A stretch of 43,417 nt of DNA, taken from positions 1-43,417 of the IMG/VR virus record IMGVR_UViG_3300025078_000005; one strand, written 5' to 3'. The notes under the pieces are model-generated. The model was not told the DNA's origin, did no database searches, and worked only from the letters and a program-made list of their open reading frames with translations. Each line of letters starts with the position of its first letter. Within the stretch, counting starts at the first letter, position 1. Below are positions 24,181-33,333 of the stretch, piece after piece. A program made the position numbers and the translations under genes. Source of the DNA: a virus. Lineage: Duplodnaviria; Caudoviricetes.

Positions 24181-24379
24181 AACACAAACCCCTTCTTATT
24201 AGGGGCAGTGGGTGGGGGGGGGATACGAGGAATTGAGTCTGTGTTAATGCGACTCGGTCGCAGTAAGGGAGCGGGGTGAAGGTGCTTTTATGCCTATTGA
24301 GAGCCATTCGCATTAAGGTGGATGAGCAAGAGGTGAATGTAACATGTTGCATAGCAAGGGGATGGGTGAAGGTGCATGT

Positions 24380-24455
24380 ATCAGTGGTTGGGTGGTGCTG
24401 GGTAGCCACTGGTGCAATGGCCCATAGAATCAGTGGTTAGGGTAGCCACTGGAGC
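24380..24455. repeat. two tandem hairpin-forming repeats in the presumed genome-end region
   Basis: ATCAGTGGTT...GGGTAGCCACTGG occurs twice. Confidence 0.6.
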
Positions 24456-24810
24456 ATGAGCCATGACCCAAGCAGCATGGTCCATGGCACTGTGCAGCAT
24501 ACTATACAGTGCCTCGTTGATCCATGGCTTCATGGTTCGCTGGACGCAGGCAACTTGCCCCATGTGTGCGCCCTGAGCCTAGGCGAAGGGGGGCCATGGG
24601 GGAAGTTGCATCTGCGGACAGGTAGGGGGACCCATCCCACCCGTCCAATTTTCCTATTTTGCCAGTAAACATTGGTTACATGGATCAGTGGGCGATAGGT
24701 TGCCGATCGCAGTTGACCCAAAAAGTTGCCTGTCACCAGTGATATTGGTTCATCTAGGGTAAATACCCTAGAAAGGAATTGGGGGGTATGCCCTATACCT
24801 TTCTGTTTTC

Positions 24811-25053
24811 GTATCACTCGTATCACTCTCGTATCACTTTTTCCTAACGTGTGATGCTTACGAGCACTATACTGTTAAAGGGGAAAACAGGGGTCCGATC
24901 AATTGTATCACTTTTCTTGTCCAAAAAAAAAAAAAAAAAAGTCAGCCAAATTTTGAACAATTGATACATATTCCTCCTAATCCCTTTAAACCTCTATAGT
25001 GGATAACGATCAACGCCCGAAAAAAAGTGATACGGGACTGATCGGAGTGATAC
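24811..25053. repeat. palindromic iteron-rich element, copy 2 (candidate replication origin)
   Basis: Direct-orientation copy of 525-769 with an A18 core; sits at the early/late divergence. Confidence 0.85.
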
Positions 25054-25153
25054 GGAACCTGGATTTGACTAGGGTAAACCCCCCAGTTTTGGTATTTCTG
25101 CCGTTAAAATGTTTTTATCTTGCAGTGTAGCGGTCTGTGAACACCCTGTGGGA

Positions 25154-25387
25154 ATGGAAAGGAAGTGGAAGAGAGGGGATGTGAGAGAGGATGGTATGGT
25201 GTTCTACAGATATCAGGCTACTGCGCGGAACGGCGAGTACTGGATGTCTCCTGAGATGTTTGCAACGCGGGTAACGCGGGATCAGGGGATACAGGTAGCC
25301 GCGCAAGGGCGCTACAGGGGGGATTTTTCACGTAGGGAGCGGAGAAATGCGCATATGAGGGAATGGAGGAAGAAGAATGCCGATTAG
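25154..25387 (+). CDS. basic hypothetical protein resembling the N-terminus of phage HNH endonucleases
   Basis: KRGDVREDGMVFYRY...EYW; no HNH motif present. Confidence 0.55.
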   Translation: MERKWKRGDVREDGMVFYRYQATARNGEYWMSPEMFATRVTRDQGIQVAAQGRYRGDFSRRERRNAHMREWRKKNAD

Positions 25388-26024
25388 ACACGACCCTTTT
25401 ATGGACAAGCGCAAGAATCAGCCAGGGAGGCCGAGTACTGCGAAGAAAAAGGCGCAGAAGAAGCGTAAGAACTATCAGCGGACTGTTAAGAAGAACATTC
25501 CGAAGGCTGAAGCGGAGCTTGCGGCTATAAAGGATCAGGTGCGCATTCAGAAAGGACAATTGACTATGGCTAAGAATAAGACACAGGAATTATTGGAGGC
25601 GATGGAGAAGGCTCCTACGCCAGCGGCCCAGCGGAAGATTGTGCTGGGGATGATCACGGAGTCGGGGCTCAATCCGCTCAAGGAGTTGCTGGACATGGCG
25701 AAGTGTAAGACAGGTAAGAATGCTCTGCCGCCAGATAAGCGCAGGGATCTGTTGATCAAGTTGCTTGAGTATCAGGCGCCAAAGCCCAAGAGTATCGATA
25801 TTCAGGCGGATGTGAGTTCCAGCTTGACCATTAACGTGGTGGACTACGCGAATACGAGCCAGCGGCAGTTGAAAGAGGCTGACGAGGTGATCGATGTGCC
25901 AGAGGACAGTGAATTTGACGAATTTTTGAGCCCTGAGCAGATTGCTCAAAGGGAGAAACAGAAGGCCATTGACCTAGCGGTTGACGTGGCCATTAACGAG
26001 GAGGAACTAGAAGAGGAGAACTAA
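25377..26024 (+). CDS. putative terminase small subunit
   Basis: GRP N-terminus, NPLKEL, LLEYQAPKPKSIDI; upstream of TerL. Confidence 0.7.
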   Translation: MPIRHDPFMDKRKNQPGRPSTAKKKAQKKRKNYQRTVKKNIPKAEAELAAIKDQVRIQKGQLTMAKNKTQELLEAMEKAPTPAAQRKIVLGMITESGLNPLKELLDMAKCKTGKNALPPDKRRDLLIKLLEYQAPKPKSIDIQADVSSSLTINVVDYANTSQRQLKEADEVIDVPEDSEFDEFLSPEQIAQREKQKAIDLAVDVAINEEELEEEN

Positions 26025-26028
26025 TAAT

Positions 26029-26232
26029 ATGAGTGCAAAGACAATAGTAGATGTAAGTAAAGGATTCGTAAATGCTGAGATACCTGTTCGCGATAGCTAC
26101 GGTATCGAGCGCAGGGTCCATGTCAGTGTCCTCCAGACGGAAGGGGAGAGGCTTATTACCGTCGAGGAGGCTACGCGACTGGTTACACAGGCAGTGGAGC
26201 AGGCGCTACGCGTGGACATTAAAGATCAGTAA
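26029..26232 (+). CDS. hypothetical protein
   Basis: TAATG-coupled to TerL. Confidence 0.6.
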   Translation: MSAKTIVDVSKGFVNAEIPVRDSYGIERRVHVSVLQTEGERLITVEEATRLVTQAVEQALRVDIKDQ

Positions 26233-27554
26233 TGAATGTCCAAGTCCCCGCTCAAGGCTGGATACCGCGATCCTACCAGTTACCGTTCACGAAATACATG
26301 TGCCAAGACAAGCGGGGCCTACGGGCCGTGGTTGCATGGCACAGGCGTGCGGGGAAGGACCTGACGTCCATCAATATCATGGCGATCAAGGCGCTCCAGA
26401 GGAAGGGGCTGTATCTGTATATTGGTCCATTCAATAATCAGATCAGGCGTATTATCTGGCAGGGGCAGGACGGGGATGGTCGGAAGTTCTTGGACTTCAT
26501 TCCTAGGGAGCTGGTCGTCCGTAAATCGGAACAGGAGATGAGCTTAACCCTATCCAATGGATCAATCATCCAACTGCTCGGGGCGGACAATCCTGATAAG
26601 TTGGTGGGGATCAATCCTGTGGGTATTGTGTTCTCGGAGTTCAGCCTGAGCGATCCTCAAGCATGGGTCCTGACGAACCCGATCCTTGCGGAGAATGGTG
26701 GATGGGCCCTGTTCAATGGGACGCCCCGTGGTCAGAATCATTTCTATGATCTGCTTCTGCGTGCACAGGCCGATAAGAACTGGTTTGCCAGCCACCTTGG
26801 GGCATTGGACACGAAGGCTATTACGCCAGAGGATCTGCGCACGGCGCGGAAGGAGGGCAACAATGAAGCACGGTTCCAGTCGGAGTTCATGTGCTCGTTC
26901 CACACGCCGATTGAAGGGGCTTATTATGGTCCGATCATGTCTCGACTGTATGCGAAGGAGCAGATTGTTCCGACTATTCCAGTGGAGCCGTCCCTCCCTG
27001 TCCATACCGCATGGGACCTCGGGATGGATGACTCGACCAGTGTCTGGTTCTTCCAGATGTTTGGGCGGGAGCTAAGAATTGTGAACTATCTGGAGAACTC
27101 GGGGGAAGGGCTCCCTTACTACGCACGTGAGCTGGACCGATGGGCCATCTTGAACGATGCGAGCTACGGGAAGCATTACGCGCCGCATGATATTGCTGTG
27201 CGTGAGATGGGAACAGGGCGTTCCCGTTTGGAGACTGCGCGGAAGCTTGGTCTGCGCTTTACCAAGGTGAAGCGGATGAGTGTGCAGGACGGGATTGAAG
27301 CGGTGCGTCAGGTCCTGCCGACCTGCTGGTTCAGTGAAGCAGAGTGTCATATGGGCCTTGAGCACTTGAAAAGTTACCATAAGGAGTTCGACTCAGCACG
27401 GAACGTGTTCAAGAAGACCCCTGTGCATGACGCTGCCTCGCACGGCGCGGACGCGTTCAGAACTCTTGCTTGCGGACTGAAACAAACGAAGGGCGAGAAT
27501 GATGCCAGCACTCGGAAGAATTCCCAATACAAGGAGGTGGACGTATCTCTATAA
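26232..27554 (+). CDS. terL: terminase large subunit
   Basis: WHRRAGKD (Walker A), IVFSE (Walker B), GTPRGQNHFY, WDLGMDD, SHGADAFR. Confidence 0.95.
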   Translation: MNVQVPAQGWIPRSYQLPFTKYMCQDKRGLRAVVAWHRRAGKDLTSINIMAIKALQRKGLYLYIGPFNNQIRRIIWQGQDGDGRKFLDFIPRELVVRKSEQEMSLTLSNGSIIQLLGADNPDKLVGINPVGIVFSEFSLSDPQAWVLTNPILAENGGWALFNGTPRGQNHFYDLLLRAQADKNWFASHLGALDTKAITPEDLRTARKEGNNEARFQSEFMCSFHTPIEGAYYGPIMSRLYAKEQIVPTIPVEPSLPVHTAWDLGMDDSTSVWFFQMFGRELRIVNYLENSGEGLPYYARELDRWAILNDASYGKHYAPHDIAVREMGTGRSRLETARKLGLRFTKVKRMSVQDGIEAVRQVLPTCWFSEAECHMGLEHLKSYHKEFDSARNVFKKTPVHDAASHGADAFRTLACGLKQTKGENDASTRKNSQYKEVDVSL

Positions 27555-27589
27555 CGTCCCCAGTCGCCCCACCCACCGACCTGACCCCC

Positions 27590-27961
27590 ATGGACAGGGC
27601 AGTGTTCCTGTACCGTAGCTTCGGGGAGGACTTCGTTGAGTTGCTGGACCATTATATCAGCTCCTATCCCGAGGCAAAGCGGTACACGTTCTTTGGTCCA
27701 GGCTACATTTTATTGGCGCATGAGGAGACCCGATGGGACCCCTGTTCCAATGACCCGCGGAAGCGGGAACCATACTGGTACGTGGTGTACGCGAGTTCCA
27801 CCGATGAGAACGCAGGGGAACTTTTTGCTCGGTTGATGCCTTATCACCTTGACTATGTTGGGTTTTCCCGCCATGCAAAGGATAAGAAAAGGGCAATGCG
27901 TTTATTGCCGACCAAGAGACTTCGCAACCTAATGAATCGCCATGGCATCAAAACCAAGTAG
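27590..27961 (+). CDS. hypothetical protein
   Basis: Between TerL and portal; overlaps the next gene. Confidence 0.65.
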   Translation: MDRAVFLYRSFGEDFVELLDHYISSYPEAKRYTFFGPGYILLAHEETRWDPCSNDPRKREPYWYVVYASSTDENAGELFARLMPYHLDYVGFSRHAKDKKRAMRLLPTKRLRNLMNRHGIKTK

Positions 27962-28148
27962 ACCGAAACCGCCCCCTCCACCTCCTCCTCCACCTCCTCC
28001 TCCAGCGCCAGTGGCACGGCAGCCTATTAAGCAGGCGAAGAAAGCGGCCAAGGTGGTGAACCCTACTCAGGTCCAGCGGGCCAAGAAGACAACACCCGCC
28101 AGCACAACGGCGGACAAAAAGAAGAAATCTCTAGGAAGTGGCCTCTAA
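27942..28148 (+). CDS. small poly-proline protein, probably virion-associated
   Basis: Run of 12 Pro; KKKKSLG tail; directly upstream of portal. Confidence 0.65.
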   Translation: MASKPSRPKPPPPPPPPPPPPAPVARQPIKQAKKAAKVVNPTQVQRAKKTTPASTTADKKKKSLGSGL

Positions 28149-29790
28149 TTTTCAAATGACCCCCGAGCGACTCCGTCTGGCCGATAGGCTGGAAGAGTTG
28201 CGCATGCTCCGTTCTGGGATTCAGCCTGTGCTGGAGTCCGTCCAGCGGCTGGTTCGCCCAAATGGTTCGGCTTTTGACAATTCGTCGAAGCAGGGGGGCA
28301 TGGCTCAGGAGGACGGCTCCAAGTACAAGTTCGACGATACTGCTGTATGGGCGAATCAGATGTTTGCCAACGGTATGTGCAGCTACTTGATGCCGAAGTC
28401 CTCACGTTGGGCGTACCTGAAGCCCGCGGGCAAGCCGAGTTCTGAGCTCACAGACGAGGAGCTGATCTACCTTGAGCAGGTCTCTGATATGATCAGCCAT
28501 AGCTTTGCGCTGCCCAAGACAGGGTTCTATGAAGCAGGGCATGAGGTCTACATGGATCAGGGTTCCTACGGTACAGCGATTCTCTACAACAACCGCTCTG
28601 CGCGGGGTTCCCAATATACCGCGGTCCCATTGTCCATGGGTCTGTTTGATACCAGCGATGACGGCGACGTGGATACGATGTTCTACATCAGGAAACTGCG
28701 CACCAAGGCCATGATTCAGGCGTTCCCTGATATTGTGAATGCCGAGGGCTTTGATCCTAGTCAGGGTGATCGCACGTACAGCTTGGTCTATTCCGTTGAG
28801 CCGTCCCGTGATGTTCGTGCGAAGAAGGGCGGAACCATTGGCGCCAACAAGCCATATCAATTTACATACTGGTGTGAAGAACTGAAAGATGTTCTTCAAG
28901 AAGGCACACTTAGCTATTTCCCGTTCATCGTTCCTCGCTGGGCCAAGTTGCCTGGCGAGGTATACGGACGCTCCCCTGCCATGACCTGTCTGTCTACTAT
29001 CCAGATGGTGAACAAGATGCGCAAGGAGCTGATCAAGAGCGCGGAGATATCCAATGCACCGCCACTCACCGCGGAAGAGGATACAATCATGCTTCCGTTC
29101 AGCTATGGTAGCCGCCAGATGATCTGGCGCGAACCAGGGTCCCCTGCACCAGAGCCTGTGCTCTCAGGGAGCCAGCCGAACCTGACACAGGAGATGATTA
29201 ATCAGGATCGCGACACTATCGTGAAGGCGTTCTTCGTGGATCAGATTATCCGTGACCAGAAGAAGGAACGACAGACAATTCTTGAGATTCAGGACGAGCG
29301 CGGACAGATGCTTCAACAGCTCGGACCGCTCCTGTCCCGTCAGGAGAATGAGTTCCTGTCCCCCTGTGTCGAGGCACAGTTTGATTTCTTGGATAAGTCC
29401 GACAAGCTCCCTCCTGTACCGTCCACTCTGGAGGGTCATGATATGGAGATTGTCTACACTAGCCCCGCTGCACAGGCACAATATTCTTCTGGGATGTCGA
29501 ACATCTCTGCGATGCTTCAGGACATCATTCCACTGGCTCAGGCGAAACCTGAGATCATGGACAATATTGACGACAATGAGCTCTTCGCTGAAATCAGCCG
29601 CTTACGTAACGTCACGCGCCGTATCGTTAAGACCAAGGATGATGTGAATGCTGTACGCGAACAGCGTGCAGAGGCGGAGCAGCAGCAGCAGACCATGGAT
29701 AATATTCCAGGAATGGCGGGAGCCGCCAAGGACGTAGCCGATGCCAAGGCGACCGATCCTGAAGGAATTGGCCAGATGCTACAGCTTTAA
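28138..29790 (+). CDS. portal (head-tail connector) protein
   Basis: FPFIVPRW...GEVYGRSPA, TILEIQ..R, LGPLLSRQENEFL.P; T7 gp8-like. Confidence 0.93.
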   Translation: MASNFQMTPERLRLADRLEELRMLRSGIQPVLESVQRLVRPNGSAFDNSSKQGGMAQEDGSKYKFDDTAVWANQMFANGMCSYLMPKSSRWAYLKPAGKPSSELTDEELIYLEQVSDMISHSFALPKTGFYEAGHEVYMDQGSYGTAILYNNRSARGSQYTAVPLSMGLFDTSDDGDVDTMFYIRKLRTKAMIQAFPDIVNAEGFDPSQGDRTYSLVYSVEPSRDVRAKKGGTIGANKPYQFTYWCEELKDVLQEGTLSYFPFIVPRWAKLPGEVYGRSPAMTCLSTIQMVNKMRKELIKSAEISNAPPLTAEEDTIMLPFSYGSRQMIWREPGSPAPEPVLSGSQPNLTQEMINQDRDTIVKAFFVDQIIRDQKKERQTILEIQDERGQMLQQLGPLLSRQENEFLSPCVEAQFDFLDKSDKLPPVPSTLEGHDMEIVYTSPAAQAQYSSGMSNISAMLQDIIPLAQAKPEIMDNIDDNELFAEISRLRNVTRRIVKTKDDVNAVREQRAEAEQQQQTMDNIPGMAGAAKDVADAKATDPEGIGQMLQL

Positions 29791-30056
29791 TGGGAAAGAT
29801 TCTAAACACACTCGATAGACTTAAGAAGCGCCGCCAGATGCGGGAGGACCTCCAAGCAATCTTGGACACCCCTCACGGGGATCGCTTCTTCAAGCAATTT
29901 CTCAAGGATTGTGGCGTGACCCGTTCGCGGTTCAGCCTCGACCCTTATGAAATCACGGCAGCGGAGGCGACTCGTCGCCTTGCGATGTCATACCTACACC
30001 TGCTGGGGAAAGACGATCCGCAGCATCTAATCAACATCATAGAAGAGGAACAATAA
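29790..30056 (+). CDS. conserved post-portal protein (Bbp19-like)
   Basis: TPHGDRFF...DPYEITAAEATRR; synteny. Confidence 0.75.
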   Translation: MGKILNTLDRLKKRRQMREDLQAILDTPHGDRFFKQFLKDCGVTRSRFSLDPYEITAAEATRRLAMSYLHLLGKDDPQHLINIIEEEQ

Positions 30057-30057
30057 C

Positions 30058-31005
30058 ATGCTACTAAGACCACGCACACCACTATTTGAAGAAGAGCCCC
30101 CAGCAGGGGGTATTGGCGGAGGAGGTGGAACACCTCCTGCTGAAGGAACCCCTCCCGCAGGAGGAACCATGGACTTCTCGTCCGAGGACACCTTCCGCGC
30201 GTTCGTTGGCTCATTGCCCGCAGAACAACAGGAGCTTGGGATGTTCAAGGACACCAAGACCTTTGGCTCATTGGTTGACCAGACAATCAATGCACAATCT
30301 GCCCTTGGCAAAAAGCGACTCGAAGCGCCCAATGAGAACTGGGGCGACGACGACTGGACGAACTTCTACTCGAACATCCGTCCAGAGACAACTGATGGCT
30401 ATGTCTTTGAGGAGAGCTATGACGTCACAAAGGGCGAGGAAGTCGTGAAGCACAGTCTCTCTGAGGGAGATGTCACAGAACTTCGCACGGTGGCTGACCA
30501 ACTGAACCTTTCCCCGCAGCAGGCGAAGCAGCTCGGTGAAATCTGGGCCAATCGATCCGTCGGTGCGGAAGGTACCCTCTCAGAGCAGATCAATGAATCT
30601 GTGACCGCGCAGCAACGCGCACTCCAGAACGAGTGGGCGGACAACTATGAGCTCAACCACAAGTCTGCGAACGAGGCATTTGAGATCTTGGCCGAGAAGG
30701 TGCCTGAACTTCGCGACCTTGTAGCATGGTCTCCTATTGTGGAGAACCACCCAGGGATCATGAAGCTGTTCCATACACTGGCGCCTCTTGTACAGGACGC
30801 TGGCATGGTCGGTGGCCGACAGGGAGGTGGATTCGCAGGGGACACTGTGGCAGGCGTTCAGGCGCAGATTAAAGACTTCGAGACGCAGAACGCTGAACTT
30901 TTGATGACCGACCCCAATGCTTTGTCCATCGCGGACAAGTTGAAGCGGGAGGACATGTTGAAGCAGCGTACCGCTCTTTATCAAAAACTTCACCCCAAAG
31001 CATAA
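30058..31005 (+). CDS. capsid scaffolding protein
   Basis: Acidic and helical; LNLSPQQA, LQNEWADNY, NHPGIMK; between portal and major capsid. Confidence 0.8.
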   Translation: MLLRPRTPLFEEEPPAGGIGGGGGTPPAEGTPPAGGTMDFSSEDTFRAFVGSLPAEQQELGMFKDTKTFGSLVDQTINAQSALGKKRLEAPNENWGDDDWTNFYSNIRPETTDGYVFEESYDVTKGEEVVKHSLSEGDVTELRTVADQLNLSPQQAKQLGEIWANRSVGAEGTLSEQINESVTAQQRALQNEWADNYELNHKSANEAFEILAEKVPELRDLVAWSPIVENHPGIMKLFHTLAPLVQDAGMVGGRQGGGFAGDTVAGVQAQIKDFETQNAELLMTDPNALSIADKLKREDMLKQRTALYQKLHPKA

Positions 31006-31031
31006 TCTACGGTTGACTCCGTGATCTTTTT

Positions 31032-31065
31032 AGGGCTGTCTCCTCTATAGAGACAGCCCTTTTTT
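31032..31065 (+). terminator. intrinsic terminator after scaffold
   Basis: AGGGCTGTCTC-7nt-GAGACAGCCCT followed by a T-run. Confidence 0.75.
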
Positions 31066-31194
31066 GGGTCTCTGGAAAGCTGTATCAGCCGCTGGTAACG
31101 TAAGACTAGAAGAGTCCGAAAGGGCAGCTCCTCGAAACAAACACATTCGCAGAGCACGGTGCTCTACGAGCAACTTCTATTAAATTATTTTATT

Positions 31195-32211
31195 ATGAAC
31201 CCAGGAGTCCCTGAATCCATTGCAACCAATTACGTGAATCAGTTTCGCGAAGGTTTCCAAAAAGCGTTCCAGCAAACAGAGTCGAAGCTCGACCCTCTTG
31301 TTGAACATGAATCTCAAGCGTCCGAATACCAGTATTGGGACCGTATCGGTGAAGCCGAAGAAATGCAGGAGGATAACACCCGTTATGGTGACAATCCTGT
31401 ATCTGAGATCCCTCACGATCGTCGTCGCATCGGTCTCAAGTCTTACGACTTGGGTAAGATCATCGACGAGAAGGACCTCATGCGCGTCATCACTGACCCG
31501 AAGAATCCTTACAGCACTTCCATGCTTGCCTCTGGTAAGCGTAAGCGCGATGACATCATCAACGAAGGCTACTACGCTCCCGCATACACAGGTAAGTCTG
31601 GTGACACAGTAATTGAATACTGCGTGGCACCTGATGACCTCGACAGCACCACGATCACCGTCGGTGAGGTCAGCAACGGCTCTTCAAACAAGATTGCCGC
31701 AACAGCTGGCCGATATACACTCAAGAGCGGTAATTACGAGGGTGCCTCCGTCGGTTCCAACTTCACCCTTTCGGGTACTCCTGGAACATACGGCCTCACA
31801 ATCGATAAACTCAAGGCGATCCGCACCACGATGCTCCGCCTCGAAGCTATCGACGAGAACACTCAGCTTGACTGTGTGATGACATCGTACCAGTGGGAAG
31901 AGCTCTTGCAGTTCGACGAGATCATCAATGCAGACTACTCTATCAAGAAGAGTCTTGCAGACGGTAATCCAACCAATATCCTTGGTTTCAACTTCAAGAT
32001 GAGCGAGCGTATCCCACTTGTGGGTGACGAGCGCCGCATCCGTGTCTCGCTTCCACAAGCACAGAAATTGACAATTGGCCAAGAGCTGGTTGGTGATATC
32101 TGGCGCCTGTCTGGTAAGAAGAAAGCTCCTTACATCTACTACAAGCAGACCATCGGCACTTCCCGCATGTGGGGTGAAGTTGCTGGTGAAATCCGCTGCA
32201 CAGAGGCGTAA
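31195..32211 (+). CDS. major capsid protein
   Basis: YVNQF...QQTESKL, RYGDNP, RKRDDII, LGFNF..SER; synteny. Confidence 0.88.
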   Translation: MNPGVPESIATNYVNQFREGFQKAFQQTESKLDPLVEHESQASEYQYWDRIGEAEEMQEDNTRYGDNPVSEIPHDRRRIGLKSYDLGKIIDEKDLMRVITDPKNPYSTSMLASGKRKRDDIINEGYYAPAYTGKSGDTVIEYCVAPDDLDSTTITVGEVSNGSSNKIAATAGRYTLKSGNYEGASVGSNFTLSGTPGTYGLTIDKLKAIRTTMLRLEAIDENTQLDCVMTSYQWEELLQFDEIINADYSIKKSLADGNPTNILGFNFKMSERIPLVGDERRIRVSLPQAQKLTIGQELVGDIWRLSGKKKAPYIYYKQTIGTSRMWGEVAGEIRCTEA

Positions 32212-32242
32212 GCTCATCCTTAACCCAATATCATAAAATATT

Positions 32243-32689
32243 ATGGCTAGTATCGTTTACTCCGACGCCTCGACCGAGCTTACTCAAGTTCGTGGTCAGG
32301 GCCACAATCCGCTCAGCCCCGTCGATGACGGTGCTCGCGTTCGCATCAAGCGTTTCTCCTACACTGCCACTGGGGCTGTCACCGCAGGTGCAGTGCTGGA
32401 AGCAGTCGAGCTGCCGTCTAAAGCTGTCGTTGTAGAGACTGTTCTCAGTTCTCTCTCTGTCAGCAATTCTGCGGAAGTCGAAATTGGATACGCAACCAAA
32501 TCCGCACCTACCGACGACAACTCGGATGCCTTGCTCGCAGCTACAGCTGCCGCAGGTCTCTCCGCAGCTGGCGAACGCGGCGTGGAAGTTGGTGAAGGCA
32601 TCCAGACAGTGATCATCACTACTTCGGTAGGTGATCTCGCTGCTGACGACACTCTTACAGGATACATCCTGTACGTGGTTAATACCTAA
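32243..32689 (+). CDS. capsid decoration/cement-like protein
   Basis: Small Ala/Val/Thr-rich beta protein after the major capsid gene. Confidence 0.6.
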   Translation: MASIVYSDASTELTQVRGQGHNPLSPVDDGARVRIKRFSYTATGAVTAGAVLEAVELPSKAVVVETVLSSLSVSNSAEVEIGYATKSAPTDDNSDALLAATAAAGLSAAGERGVEVGEGIQTVIITTSVGDLAADDTLTGYILYVVNT

Positions 32690-32697
32690 CAAAACCC

Positions 32698-32736
32698 GAG
32701 GGCCCGTCTTGGCATGGGCGGGCCCTCACCCTTTTT
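32698..32736 (+). terminator. terminator after capsid genes
   Basis: GAGGGCCCGTC/GGCGGGCCCTC stem followed by ACCCTTTTT. Confidence 0.65.
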
Positions 32737-33333
32737 ATGGCAACCGAGCTTGAGATCGCAAACGCCGCCGTCGCTGAAGTCGGTGGACACGAAACAATCC
32801 TTGACCTAAATGAGTCCTCTGCTGAGGCCAAGGTGGTCAAGCCTGCGCTCGCTCGCGCCATTAAGTATATCGCGTCAAAATGGGACTGGCCTGTTGCACG
32901 CAAACGTGAGCTCCAAGTAGCTGACGTCACTTTTTCTGGCGACTCCCGATATGGTTTTCGCTTTTCCAGCAAGGCCAATGGCACATGGCGCTATGAGACT
33001 GAAGATGGTAGCATCCTCACAGACTTTGCCATTGAGAACGGCTATGTCTACACGAACGTGGAGAATACGTACTTCCGCTATACAGACGTGGAAACAACTG
33101 ATGTTACCACGTGGCCAGAGGTGCTGACACGTGTTCTTGAATACTACTTAGCTGCCCGTATTGCCGTCCCATTATCCGCAGGAGAAGGTACGCGACAAGA
33201 GATGGATGCCCTTTGGCGACAAGAGCTGAAAGATGCTAAATCCCAATTTTCCCGACAAGGCCCGCCGCAGACCTACATGAGCGATGCCCAGTCACAGTTT
33301 ATTGAAGCGCATCAAGGTAATGGCATCATATAA
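32737..33333 (+). CDS. tail tubular protein A (adaptor, T7 gp11-like)
   Basis: TELEIANAA, WDW, LAARIAVPL. Confidence 0.82.
   Translation: MATELEIANAAVAEVGGHETILDLNESSAEAKVVKPALARAIKYIASKWDWPVARKRELQVADVTFSGDSRYGFRFSSKANGTWRYETEDGSILTDFAIENGYVYTNVENTYFRYTDVETTDVTTWPEVLTRVLEYYLAARIAVPLSAGEGTRQEMDALWRQELKDAKSQFSRQGPPQTYMSDAQSQFIEAHQGNGII

Noticed and set aside
25066-25098. Sigma70 late promoter at TTGACT
   Set aside because: No acceptable -10 hexamer at 16-18 bp spacing
25154-25387. Functional HNH homing endonuclease
   Set aside because: Only the N-terminal basic segment is present; no HNH catalytic motif
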